A stretch of DNA of 63,444 nt, filler included. It is 5 parts of 5 records of this genome, joined end to end, with 100 filler letters (N's around TTAATTAATTAA, not from the genome) between each part and the next. Parts side by side here need not be neighbours in the genome. Positions count along the whole stretch, not along the records: positions 10,755 to 18,694 come from SRR2962707_4884; positions 18,795 to 25,691 come from SRR2962707_4887; 3 more parts are not named here. One strand, given 5' to 3'. Of the stretch, positions 11,918 through 20,537 are shown one piece after another. The notes under the pieces were generated by a model. The model saw only the letters and a program-made list of their open reading frames with translations, ran no database searches and was not told where the DNA came from. Position numbers and translations under genes: made by a program. Within the stretch, counting starts at the first letter, position 1. Each line of letters starts with the position of its first letter.

Positions 11918-13444
11918 ATGAGTTCAGATCCGACCGATCAGACGGAAATTGTGAAATTCCTGAGCGATCCGAAAACCTACGGCATCGACACGCCTGTTGA
12001 CATGATCACGACACACTCCGCTTACGTGTTTCTCGCGGGCGATCTGGCGTTCAAGATCAAGCGCGCGGTCAAATACAACTACCTCGACTTCAGCACGCTC
12101 GAGGCCCGCCGGAAAGTCATTGCGCATGAACTTGCCCTGAATGCCCCGGCGGCTCCTGCGATCTATGATCGCGTGGTGACGATTACCCGCGAGGGGCCGG
12201 GCCGGCTCGCCCTGGACGGCACGGGGATGCCGCTAGAGTATGCACTGCGCATGCACAGGTTTCGCCGCGAGGACGAACTGACCTGTATCGCCGACGCCGG
12301 AAACCTGACCAACGATCTTGCCGAAAAGCTGGGCCACGTCATCGCCGCTCTCCACGCAGCGGCCGAGAAACGCCCGTCCGATGGCGCGGTTCTGATTGGC
12401 GAGATCATCGACGAATTGCGTGAGGCGTTTGCCCGCATGGAATCGACACTGGGCCACGACAGGCTGGCGGACTATTTCAGGCGAACGGATCGAACATTTG
12501 GCGACGTCTCTCCGCTTTTATCGCAGCGGTCCGGCGAAGGGCGGGTGCGCCGGTGCCACAGCGACCTGCATCTGAAGAACCTGGTCATGATCGAGGGACA
12601 GCCGGTGCCCTTTGATGCGCTCGAATTCGACGAACGGCTCGGGACCTGCGATGTCTTTTATGACTTCGCATTCCTGGCGATGGACCTGCTGCACCGGGGG
12701 CTGAGCGGGCAAGCCAACGTCTTGCAGAACAGCTATCTTTCGAAAACACGCGATTTTACCGGACTCGCCACCCTGCCGCTGTTTTTGAGCATCCGCGCCG
12801 CTATCCGCGCAATGGTTGCGGTGCAGACCATGCCCGGCGGTGCCGCCGGCGACACTGCTCCCGACGCACAGACTTACCTTGAGCAGGCCATTGATTTCCT
12901 GACCCCCGCGCCACCAAGGCTGGTGGCTGTCGGAGGGCTCTCCGGCTCGGGCAAGACCACGATTGCCGCTCGTATCGCGCCGAGCCTGGGGTCTGCTCCG
13001 GGAGCTGTCCACCTGCGCAGCGATCTGGAGCGTAAAGCAATGTTTGGGGTCGAGCCGCTGGAGCGGCTGCCTGAAGAAGCGTACCGGTCCGAAGCCAACA
13101 GGGATATCTATGCCCGGTTGCTGGAGGAGGCTGAGCAGATCCTGCTGGCCCGGCACAGCGTCATCATCGACGCAACCTTTCTCGCCAATGCTGATCGCGA
13201 CGCCATCAGTGAGCTCGCCACCCGGTTGAACGTCCCGTTCGACGGCATCTGGCTGAATTCCGATCCTGCCACGCTCGAACGCCGCATCTCCACCCGCACC
13301 GCAGACGCCTCCGATGCGGATGCCGGCGTACTGCATGCGCAACTCAAGCGCGGGACCGGAGCTGTGACCTGGACTGAAATCGACGCCAGCGGCGAGCTGG
13401 ATCAGGTCGTTGGATTGGTTGAAGCAGCCCTGTTTACGGTGTGA
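11918..13444 (+). CDS. Bifunctional aminoglycoside-phosphotransferase-like / P-loop (AAA_33-type) kinase
   Basis: THSAYVFLAG..KIKRAV..LDFSTLE, CHSDLHLKN, FDALEFD, Walker A GGLSGSGKT, LRSDLERK. Confidence 0.85.
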   Translation: MSSDPTDQTEIVKFLSDPKTYGIDTPVDMITTHSAYVFLAGDLAFKIKRAVKYNYLDFSTLEARRKVIAHELALNAPAAPAIYDRVVTITREGPGRLALDGTGMPLEYALRMHRFRREDELTCIADAGNLTNDLAEKLGHVIAALHAAAEKRPSDGAVLIGEIIDELREAFARMESTLGHDRLADYFRRTDRTFGDVSPLLSQRSGEGRVRRCHSDLHLKNLVMIEGQPVPFDALEFDERLGTCDVFYDFAFLAMDLLHRGLSGQANVLQNSYLSKTRDFTGLATLPLFLSIRAAIRAMVAVQTMPGGAAGDTAPDAQTYLEQAIDFLTPAPPRLVAVGGLSGSGKTTIAARIAPSLGSAPGAVHLRSDLERKAMFGVEPLERLPEEAYRSEANRDIYARLLEEAEQILLARHSVIIDATFLANADRDAISELATRLNVPFDGIWLNSDPATLERRISTRTADASDADAGVLHAQLKRGTGAVTWTEIDASGELDQVVGLVEAALFTV

Positions 13445-13600
13445 CCACAGATTCGTTCGCATCGCGGCATCAATGCCAGTCAATCGAGTAGCATCGGGTC
13501 GACAGTTGCCACATGGTCATTGTGCATTGCTGGCGCATAGTGACTCAACTGTCTGCGCGAAACTCACCGACGATCGCACCCGAACGTGCCCAATTCGCTC

Positions 13601-13623
13601 CTGCCACATTCTGGCAGTATAAC
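13601..13623 (+). promoter_or_regulatory. Candidate YafY/WYL operator followed by a -10-like hexamer
   Basis: Perfect inverted repeat CTGCCA-cattc-TGGCAG followed by TATAAC, ~45 nt upstream of the regulator ATG. Confidence 0.6.
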
Positions 13624-13665
13624 CTGCTACACTTTCCAATCGTCGTCGCACCTCCGGAGCCTTAT

Positions 13666-14370
13666 ATGTCCCGCGCCGCTCGCCTTCTTGACCTCTTGCA
13701 AGTCCTCCGGCGGTACAAGCGACCGGTCAGCGGTGCCTCACTGGCTGCGGAACTGGGTGTTTCGCTGAGAACCATCTACCGCGACATTGAAACGTTGAAG
13801 GCGCAAGGGGCAGCAATTGACGGCGAGGCGGGGGTGGGGTTTGTGCTCAAGCCCGGCTTCATGCTGCCGCCATTGATGTTTTCCGAGGATGAGATCGAGG
13901 CGCTGGTGCTTGGCTCTCAATGGGTTGCCCAGCGGGCGGATCAACCGCTTGGCGCAGCCGCGCTCAGTGCCTTGGTCAAGATCGCCACCGTGCTGCCTGC
14001 TGATCTGCGCGCCGGGCTCGATGAGTCCACCCTGCTGGTTGTCCCGGGCCCGCCGCTTGCGGCAGGCGAGAGCGAGCTTCCGTTGATCCGCGATGCTATC
14101 CGCAGGCAGCGCAAGATCACGATCTCCTATGCCGATGCTGAAGGCGCTGCCAGCGACCGCACAATCTGGCCCATTGCGCTGGCGTTTTTCGACCGCTGCC
14201 GGGTGGTGGTTTCCTGGTGCGAATTGCGCAATGATTTCAGACATTTCAGAGCCGACCGGATTGTTCGTCTGTCCGTTGAAGCGGGCGGCTATCCGCAACG
14301 CCGGGCAACCCTGATGAAACAGTGGCAAGCCAAGGAAGGCATTCATTTGCGCTCCAGGTCCGGTGAATAG
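13666..14370 (+). CDS. YafY-family HTH-WYL transcriptional regulator
   Basis: MSRAARLLDLLQVLRR..LAAELGVSLRTIYRDI, LPPLMFSEDEIEAL, WCELRNDFRHFRADRI. A GGAG RBS precedes ATG 13666. Confidence 0.92.
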   Translation: MSRAARLLDLLQVLRRYKRPVSGASLAAELGVSLRTIYRDIETLKAQGAAIDGEAGVGFVLKPGFMLPPLMFSEDEIEALVLGSQWVAQRADQPLGAAALSALVKIATVLPADLRAGLDESTLLVVPGPPLAAGESELPLIRDAIRRQRKITISYADAEGAASDRTIWPIALAFFDRCRVVVSWCELRNDFRHFRADRIVRLSVEAGGYPQRRATLMKQWQAKEGIHLRSRSGE

Positions 14371-14379
14371 ACCGAATTA

Positions 14380-14405
14380 ATGCTGACATTATTTGGCAGC
14401 ATAAC
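14380..14405 (+). promoter_or_regulatory. Second candidate YafY/WYL operator, upstream of the VOC gene
   Basis: ATGCTGACA-ttatt-TGGCAGCAT followed by AAC; same geometry as the site at 13601. Confidence 0.6.
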
Positions 14406-14457
14406 TTCGTAGTCTCCGTGTGATCGAAAGATCAATTCACACCCCACGGAGATCAAG

Positions 14458-14829
14458 ATGTTGAATTTCAATTTCGTCCTGCTGCATGTCGCCGATCCGG
14501 TCGCAAGTGTCAGCTTTTATTCGGATTTGCTCGAAAAACCCGTCATCCAGTCCGAACCCGGATTTGCCATGCTACCGTTGAGCGAAGCGGTGTTGCTCGG
14601 TCTCTGGCAGGCCACGGATGCCGATCCGTCGGGCATCGGAAAACCAGGTGCTAGCGAGATCTCGTTCGATGTCGCGGATCTGCCGACGCTGACACAGCTT
14701 CACGCCGACTGGGCAGCCAAGGGATTAGCCATTCTGACGGAACCCGTCGAGATGCCGTTCGGACACACATTCGTGGCGGCCGATCCGGATGGCCACCGCA
14801 TCCGCGTGGTCGCCAGCGTCAGCTCCTGA
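14458..14829 (+). CDS. VOC/glyoxalase-bleomycin-resistance family protein
   Basis: LLHVADPVASVSFYSDLL, MPFGHTFVAADPDGHRIRV. Confidence 0.9.
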   Translation: MLNFNFVLLHVADPVASVSFYSDLLEKPVIQSEPGFAMLPLSEAVLLGLWQATDADPSGIGKPGASEISFDVADLPTLTQLHADWAAKGLAILTEPVEMPFGHTFVAADPDGHRIRVVASVSS

Positions 14830-14848
14830 TCAGCTCACTTTTGACAAC

Positions 14849-14883
14849 AAAAAGCCCGGTCTGCGGATTTTCCGGGACCGGGC
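14849..14883 (-). terminator. Hairpin terminator between convergent genes
   Basis: A-run, then GCCCGGTC...GACCGGGC. Confidence 0.6.
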
Positions 14884-14917
14884 CAAACTGACGTGGTGAA
14901 ATTGTTTTTGGCGATGT

Positions 14918-15043
14918 TCAGCGAAGTCTGGTCCAGACTGGATCTACTGGTTTTTCCGGCATCTCCTGGCGCAGGGCGCCGAGAACGAGACCGCTGAAAA
15001 GTGCGACAATCAAAAGAGCAAGCAGGCCGAGAGCTATGGTCAT
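14918..15043 (-). CDS. 41-aa single-TM small protein
   Basis: MTIALGLLALLIVALFSGLVLGALRQEMPEKPVDPVWTRLR, with an AAGGA RBS and a downstream terminator. Confidence 0.6.
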   Translation of the reverse strand: MTIALGLLALLIVALFSGLVLGALRQEMPEKPVDPVWTRLR

Positions 15044-15149
15044 GTCATTTGTCCTTTCGTCGCACCAATCTTTGATGCAGACACCATGACAAATCCTGAA
15101 TGAACCGAACCTGAATACTTTTATGGCTAATGATTGGTGAGCCGGCGCT

Positions 15150-16061
15150 TCAGAACAGATGCACCGCGCCGGGCACCGCCAGGCCGAAGTCCGGACCTCC
15201 GGGGCGTGGCGCCGGCAGGCTCCCGAGCATGGCATGCAGGTCCTGATCACTGGTTCCGTCTTCGATCTGTGTGGTCCAGACCCTGAACGATGACAGCTGA
15301 TAGGACCCGAACGAGGTGATCATCGCCACATCCGATGCGTCAGAGCCGCGCACCATCAGGATGCGGCCGATGCGGGGCACATTGTAGCGGGCATCCACCG
15401 TGTGCCAGCTGCCGCCGAGAAACACCTCGAACCAGGCGCAGAAATCATCAAATCCGGAATCAGGCACGCCGATGTCGCCGAGATAGCCGCTGGCGTAACG
15501 CGCCGGAATGTTCATGGCACGGCAGAGGCTGACGCCCAGATGAGCAAAGTCGCGGCAGACACCGGATTTTTCCTCCAGCACGTCGCGCGCGGTCTTGTCC
15601 GGCCGGCCGAATTTGTAGCCGAAGGTGACGTGATTGTGGACGAATGTGCAGATCGCCTGGACGCGCGGCCAGCCTTCCTGGGTGTTGCCGAAAGTGGCCC
15701 AGGCAAAGTTGCCCAGACTGTCGGAGTCGCAATAGCGGCTTGCACCGAGGAAATCGAGCGTGTCGCTGGGCAGATCCTCGATCCGGTGCTGGACAGCAAA
15801 GGTTGGAAAAATATCCGGGACACCGCTGACTTCGGCCACGCAATCGGACCAGAATGTGGTTCGCCCCTGATCGGCGACCGCGCGCGAAATCCGGTTGCCG
15901 TAGCGGTCAACATAGATCGATATCGGAGTCATGCTGGTTGTTCGGACGTAGTCAGCGCCGATCAGCCGTCCGTTGAATTCCGTGTGTGTCGACAGGGCCA
16001 GCAGCATCGGAACCGGTGCCGGGCAATCAACCATAATCTCAAAACCAAACCTGATCAGCAT
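15150..16061 (-). CDS. Transglutaminase-like protein
   Basis: GVCRDFAHL (catalytic Cys), ARYASGYLGDIG, DFCAWFEVFLGG, RGSDASDVA. Confidence 0.9.
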   Translation of the reverse strand: MLIRFGFEIMVDCPAPVPMLLALSTHTEFNGRLIGADYVRTTSMTPISIYVDRYGNRISRAVADQGRTTFWSDCVAEVSGVPDIFPTFAVQHRIEDLPSDTLDFLGASRYCDSDSLGNFAWATFGNTQEGWPRVQAICTFVHNHVTFGYKFGRPDKTARDVLEEKSGVCRDFAHLGVSLCRAMNIPARYASGYLGDIGVPDSGFDDFCAWFEVFLGGSWHTVDARYNVPRIGRILMVRGSDASDVAMITSFGSYQLSSFRVWTTQIEDGTSDQDLHAMLGSLPAPRPGGPDFGLAVPGAVHLF

Positions 16062-16089
16062 GTCGACACCTTATATCATGAACCCGTGC

Positions 16090-16114
16090 AACGAATTGAT
16101 CGTTGCTTGGTTCC
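16090..16114 (-). promoter_or_regulatory. EcfG/SigT-type general stress promoter
   Basis: Minus strand GGAAC-N16-CGTT, ending ~30 nt upstream of the transglutaminase ATG. Confidence 0.65.
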
Positions 16115-16442
16115 AAAGCCGGCGTCTCAAATCGTGACCCCGATGCACGCGCCCGGCGTGTTGGAAACACTATGGCACGGCTTCTAAGTCATGGTGACAT
16201 TCTTTTTCGCAAGTGCACAATTTGATGAGGTTTGCGCCACAGCAGGCAAGCCCGAATGCAAGATTTGTCTTTGATAAACCGCAATAGAGGCGTATGAATT
16301 GAACTAATTAATACAAGCAATGCGTGGCTACGTTCGGCGAAGGCCTTCCGTCACCGTGTTTGCATCTCGACTAAGAATTGAAAAAAGATCGCTCCGGACG
16401 CACCAGTGCTGCGCCGGGCGCAGACAGTATTGGATTATGCCT

Positions 16443-16655
16443 ATGAGTAAGAATGTCTTCACAAAAGGGCAGCAGGTTGCCCTTCAGTCCCGTGTCGGAC
16501 TGTCACCGCGCACACCGATGGAATTCACCGTGTTGATGCGGTTGCCCGACAATCAGGGCAAGGCGCAGTACCGGATCCGCAATGAAGAGCAGGGCCATGA
16601 GCGTGTTGAGCAGGGCAGCAATCTGGAACTGGTTGCAGCCGCCAGCAGCGTCTAG
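16443..16655 (+). CDS. Small hypothetical protein (70 aa)
   Basis: MSKNVFTKGQQV..LP..QYRIRNEEQGHERVEQGSNL resembles small rhizobial proteins (recalled, not searched). Confidence 0.7.
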   Translation: MSKNVFTKGQQVALQSRVGLSPRTPMEFTVLMRLPDNQGKAQYRIRNEEQGHERVEQGSNLELVAAASSV

Positions 16656-16777
16656 CACCTGTCGCCGCCACCGGTTTACCGGGGCAAGAGCGGCACACAT
16701 ACCTCCATACGATGCGTGACATATCCGGATGCGGCCAATCCCGGCCGCCCGGATCAAACGCCTGAACAGGAACTGAC

Positions 16778-16918
16778 ATGGCCAAGGGTCAAATGAAATC
16801 GAACAAGGAAGTTCGCAAACCGAAGAAAGACAAGGCTGCCGCAAAGGCGACTGCGAGTGTCGGCACGGCCGTCAAGCAGCTGGAAACAAATCCGTTTCAG
16901 AAAAAAACCAAGAAGTGA
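16778..16918 (+). CDS. 46-aa Lys-rich small protein
   Basis: MAKGQMKSNKEVRKPKKDKAAAKATASVGTAVKQLETNPFQKKTKK with an AGGA RBS. It is below the ORF-track cutoff. Confidence 0.7.
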   Translation: MAKGQMKSNKEVRKPKKDKAAAKATASVGTAVKQLETNPFQKKTKK

Positions 16919-16952
16919 TCGGGCTCGCGCTGCTGCGAGTGCGATCAGCATT

Positions 16953-17213
16953 ATGATCGGTTTTCCCAATCAGATGCGCAGTTTCGATGAAGATGCGGGC
17001 ACGATCCGGTTTTCCGGCTATGACGGCGTGATGGAAGTCCGCTTCGTGCTGGAGGCTCCTGCGCTTGAGCAGATCGCCGGCATCTCCCGTTCGCCGGATA
17101 CAGACTATCTCGATGCCTTCGACCGGTACCGCGGACAGATCGAGACGGCCGGTATCCGAGCCTACAAGAAAAACCGCAAGTCGCTCATCTGGCTGTCATC
17201 CGCCGATTTCTGA
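16953..17213 (+). CDS. DUF1488-like protein
   Basis: FPNQMRSFDE..IRFSGYDGVMEVRF..LDAFDRYRGQIE..LSSADF. Confidence 0.75.
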   Translation: MIGFPNQMRSFDEDAGTIRFSGYDGVMEVRFVLEAPALEQIAGISRSPDTDYLDAFDRYRGQIETAGIRAYKKNRKSLIWLSSADF

Positions 17214-17297
17214 ACCGGTTTGCCTGCTGAACGTCCAATCATTGCTTGAAGCTCTCCTGCTGGCATGACAAAAGGCCATGCAACGAGGGTTTTTGCC

Positions 17298-17795
17298 ATG
17301 CGCATTGCGTTTTATCCCGGGTCCTTCGACCCCATGACCAATGGCCATATTCATGTGCTCGAGCAATCGCTGGCGCTGTGCGACCAGCTGGTTGTCGGCA
17401 TCGGCGTACATCCGGGCAAGACCCCGATGTTTTCGTTTGATGAGCGCGCGGCCATGATCACCGAGGTGGTCAAGGCCGAATTTCCGCATCGCGCGAACGA
17501 TGTCAGCGTCGTCTCGTTTCAAAATCTTGTGGTCGAGGCGGCTCAGGATGCCGGTGCCACCGTGCTGGTTCGCGGGCTGCGCGATGGCACCGATCTCGAC
17601 TACGAGATGCAGATGGCGGGGATGAACAGGGCCATGGCGCCGGGCATTACCACCGTGTTTGCGCCGGCCTATCCGGAATCCCGCCACATCACCGCCACGC
17701 TTGTGCGTCAAATCGCCAGGATGGGCGGCGATGTCACGCCGTTTGTTCCGGTTGTCGTGCACAAAGCACTCAAAGCGCGGTTATCGGATAGCTAA
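17298..17795 (+). CDS. coaD: Pantetheine-phosphate adenylyltransferase
   Basis: [32 protein letters not shown]. Confidence 0.96.
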   Translation: MRIAFYPGSFDPMTNGHIHVLEQSLALCDQLVVGIGVHPGKTPMFSFDERAAMITEVVKAEFPHRANDVSVVSFQNLVVEAAQDAGATVLVRGLRDGTDLDYEMQMAGMNRAMAPGITTVFAPAYPESRHITATLVRQIARMGGDVTPFVPVVVHKALKARLSDS

Positions 17796-17891
17796 CAGCC
17801 TTCGCCGTGGCGTTGCCAAGCCCACGGTGGTGTGTCAAACGATTGCCGCCGGGCGTATGAACCCCGGCCGCCGCACTATAATGGAGCCATC

Positions 17892-18458
17892 ATGCGTTCT
17901 TCACGCCTGCTAATCGCCGCGACCCTGGCCCTCGGCCTGGTGTCGACATCCCTTGCCAACGCCGCCGAAATGCTGACCATCAAGCTGAAAACCGGCGATG
18001 TCGTCATCGAACTCGCCGATGACGTGGCACCCCAGCACGTTGCGCGCATCAAGGCGCTGGCCGATGCCGGCGAATACGACAATGTCGCCTTTCACCGGGT
18101 GATCGAAGGTTTCATGGCGCAGACCGGCGACGTCCAGTTCGGTGACATGGAAGACGGCTTCGTACCGCAGCGCGCCGGAACAGGCGGTTCTTCAGAGCCC
18201 GATCTTGCGGCTGAGTTCTCGGACAAGCCGTTCGAGCGTGGCACGGTCGGCATGGCCCGTTCGCAAAACCCGAATTCGGCGAATTCTCAATTTTTCATCA
18301 TGTTTGCGCCCGCATCGCACCTCAACGGCCAGTACACGGTCGTCGGTCAGGTGGTCAAAGGCATGGAGCTGGTCGACCAGATCAAGCGCGGCAGTGCCAG
18401 CAACAATGGTTCGGTGGACAATCCGGACCGCATGATCGAGGTCCGCTCCGGCGGCTGA
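17892..18458 (+). CDS. Cyclophilin-type peptidylprolyl isomerase with signal peptide
   Basis: FHRVIEGFMAQTGD, GMARSQNPNSANSQFFI. Confidence 0.93.
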   Translation: MRSSRLLIAATLALGLVSTSLANAAEMLTIKLKTGDVVIELADDVAPQHVARIKALADAGEYDNVAFHRVIEGFMAQTGDVQFGDMEDGFVPQRAGTGGSSEPDLAAEFSDKPFERGTVGMARSQNPNSANSQFFIMFAPASHLNGQYTVVGQVVKGMELVDQIKRGSASNNGSVDNPDRMIEVRSGG

Positions 18459-18493
18459 CGACTTTCACTACCAATCAACACAGGAGAGACCCC

Positions 18494-18694
18494 ATGGCGG
18501 AGATCAAGGATCCCGAAAACACACTCATCTTGGAAACCACGCAAGGTGAAGTGACCATCGAACTGCTTCCCGATCTGGCCCCCGGCCACGTTGCGCGGAT
18601 TAAGGAACTGGCCCGTGAAGGCGCCTATGACGGCGTGGTGTTTCACCGCGTGATCGAAGGCTTCATGGCCCAGACCGGCGACGTCAAGTTCGGC
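18494..18694 (+). CDS. Second, cytoplasmic cyclophilin, 3'-truncated
   Basis: MAEIKDPENTL..FHRVIEGFMAQTGDV. Confidence 0.9.
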
Positions 18695-18794
18695 NNNNNN
18701 NNNNNNNNNNNNNNNNNNNNNNNNNNNNNNNNNNNNNNTTAATTAATTAANNNNNNNNNNNNNNNNNNNNNNNNNNNNNNNNNNNNNNNNNNNN
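18695..18794. other. Artificial contig linker
   Basis: N44-TTAATTAATTAA-N44. Confidence 0.99.
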
Positions 18795-18823
18795 GTCGGG
18801 GGGCGTCCACCCCATCACCCCAT
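18795..18823 (-). mobile_element. Possible end of an IS110/IS1111-type element at the contig break
   Basis: Minus strand ATGGGGTG-ATGGGGTGGACGCCCCCCGAC. TGGACGCCCC resembles IS1111 subterminal inverted repeats (from memory). No transposase is present in the window. Confidence 0.35.
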
Positions 18824-18905
18824 TTCAGACGTGGCTGGCCACCTGTCAGAACGGAAGCTTTCTAAACCCTGGTGTCTCGGCTCTCGGCAGCTCTTCGGCT
18901 CGCCC

Positions 18906-20396
18906 CTAGCGCGTCGTCAGCGTCCGCTGCACGGCATCGTCCCAGCCCTTGATCTTGGCGTCGCGCGTGGTGGCATCCATCTCGGGTTTGAACTGCTTGT
19001 CCAGCGCCCAACTGGCGGCAAATTCGGCCATCTCGGGCCATACCCCGACCTTTGAGCCGGCCAGCCAGGCCGCACCCAGTGCCGTGGTTTCAAGGATTTT
19101 GGGTCGGTCGACTGGCGCATCCAGAATGTCGGCGAGAAACTGCATGGTCCAGTCCGAGGCGACCATGCCGCCATCGACCCGCAGCACGGTCTTGCCGCTA
19201 TCGCCCCAGTCCTTGCGCATGGCTTCAAGCAGGTCGCGCGTCTGATAGCAGACCGCTTCAAGCGCCGCCTTGGCGATCTCCGCCGGGCCCGAATTACGCG
19301 TCAGGCCATAGATTGCCCCGCGCGCATCGGCATCCCACCAGGGCGCGCCCAGCCCCACAAAGGCGGGCACCATATAGACATTCTGGCTGGGGTCCGCGGT
19401 GCGGGCCAGCGGGCCGGTTTCGCTGGCATGCTTGACCAGCTTGAGCCCGTCGCGGATCCACTGCACCGCCGCCCCGGCGATGAAAATCGAGCCTTCGAGC
19501 GCATAGACCGTCTCGCCGTTGAGCCGATAGGCGATGGTGGTCAGCAGCCGGTTCTTGGAGCGCACAATGTCCGTGCCCGTATTGAGCAGCGCAAAGCAGC
19601 CTGTGCCATAGGTCGATTTGAGCATGCCCGGCTCAAAGCAGGCCTGCCCGATCGTGGCCGCATGCTGGTCGCCCGCCACCCCCAGAATAGGGATGTCAGC
19701 GCCAAACAGGCTTGCCTCGGCGGTGCCGAAATCATCGGCGCAATCCTTCACTGTCGGCAGCAGCGCGGCAGGCACGGTGAACAGGTTCAGCAGTTCGCTG
19801 TCCCACTCATTGTCGGCAATGTCGAACAGCAGCGTGCGGCCCGCATTGGTCGCGTCGGTGACATGGGACTTGCCGCCCGTCAGCCGCCAGATCAGAAAAC
19901 TGTCAATGGTGCCAAATGCCAGATCGCCTGCTTCGGCCCGCGCGCGCACGCCCTCGACATTGTCGAGCAGCCACTTGATCTTGGTGCCGGAAAAATAGGG
20001 GTCCAGCAGCAGCCCGGTCTTGTCGGTGACCAGCGCTTCATGCCCGTCCTTCTTGAGCGTGGCGCAATAGGCTGCGGTGCGCCGGTCCTGCCAGACAATC
20101 GCATTGTGCACGGCCTTGCCGGTCTTTCGGTCCCAGATCAGCGTGGTTTCGCGCTGATTGGTGATGCCGATGGCCGCCACATCGTTTGCGGTGATTTTCG
20201 CGTCCTCGAGCGCCGTCTTGACCGACCAGACCACACTCTCCCAGATCTCTTCGGGGTCGTGCTCTACCCAGCCGTCCTGGGGAAAGATCTGGGTGAATTC
20301 CTTCTGCCCGGACCCGGCAATGCTGCGATCCTTGGCAAACACGATTGCCCGGCTCGAGGTCGTGCCCTGATCAATCGCCAGAATATAGTCACGCAT
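18906..20396 (-). CDS. glpK: Glycerol kinase
   Basis: [43 protein letters not shown]. Confidence 0.97.
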   Translation of the reverse strand: MRDYILAIDQGTTSSRAIVFAKDRSIAGSGQKEFTQIFPQDGWVEHDPEEIWESVVWSVKTALEDAKITANDVAAIGITNQRETTLIWDRKTGKAVHNAIVWQDRRTAAYCATLKKDGHEALVTDKTGLLLDPYFSGTKIKWLLDNVEGVRARAEAGDLAFGTIDSFLIWRLTGGKSHVTDATNAGRTLLFDIADNEWDSELLNLFTVPAALLPTVKDCADDFGTAEASLFGADIPILGVAGDQHAATIGQACFEPGMLKSTYGTGCFALLNTGTDIVRSKNRLLTTIAYRLNGETVYALEGSIFIAGAAVQWIRDGLKLVKHASETGPLARTADPSQNVYMVPAFVGLGAPWWDADARGAIYGLTRNSGPAEIAKAALEAVCYQTRDLLEAMRKDWGDSGKTVLRVDGGMVASDWTMQFLADILDAPVDRPKILETTALGAAWLAGSKVGVWPEMAEFAASWALDKQFKPEMDATTRDAKIKGWDDAVQRTLTTR

Positions 20397-20433
20397 CACA
20401 ATCTCCTCGACGCCGAGTTTTCGGTTCTATCGT

Positions 20434-20521
20434 CTCCCGCCCCTTATAGGGGGGGACAGGGGCGGGGGTGTTTGAGCCACGGCCTCACCCCACCCTAACC
20501 CTTCCCGTCAGGGAGAGGGAA
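20434..20521. repeat. REP-like inverted doublet between glpD and glpK
   Basis: ctcccgcccc..gggggga..ggggcggggg and ccccaccctaacccttccc..gggagaggga are imperfect inverted copies, each with an internal hairpin. Confidence 0.65.
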
Positions 20522-20537
20522 TATCGCCGCGCCTGTA

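Noticed and set aside
16173-16188. TGGCACG as a sigma54 promoter
   Set aside because: The -12 GC element is absent (TTCTAA).
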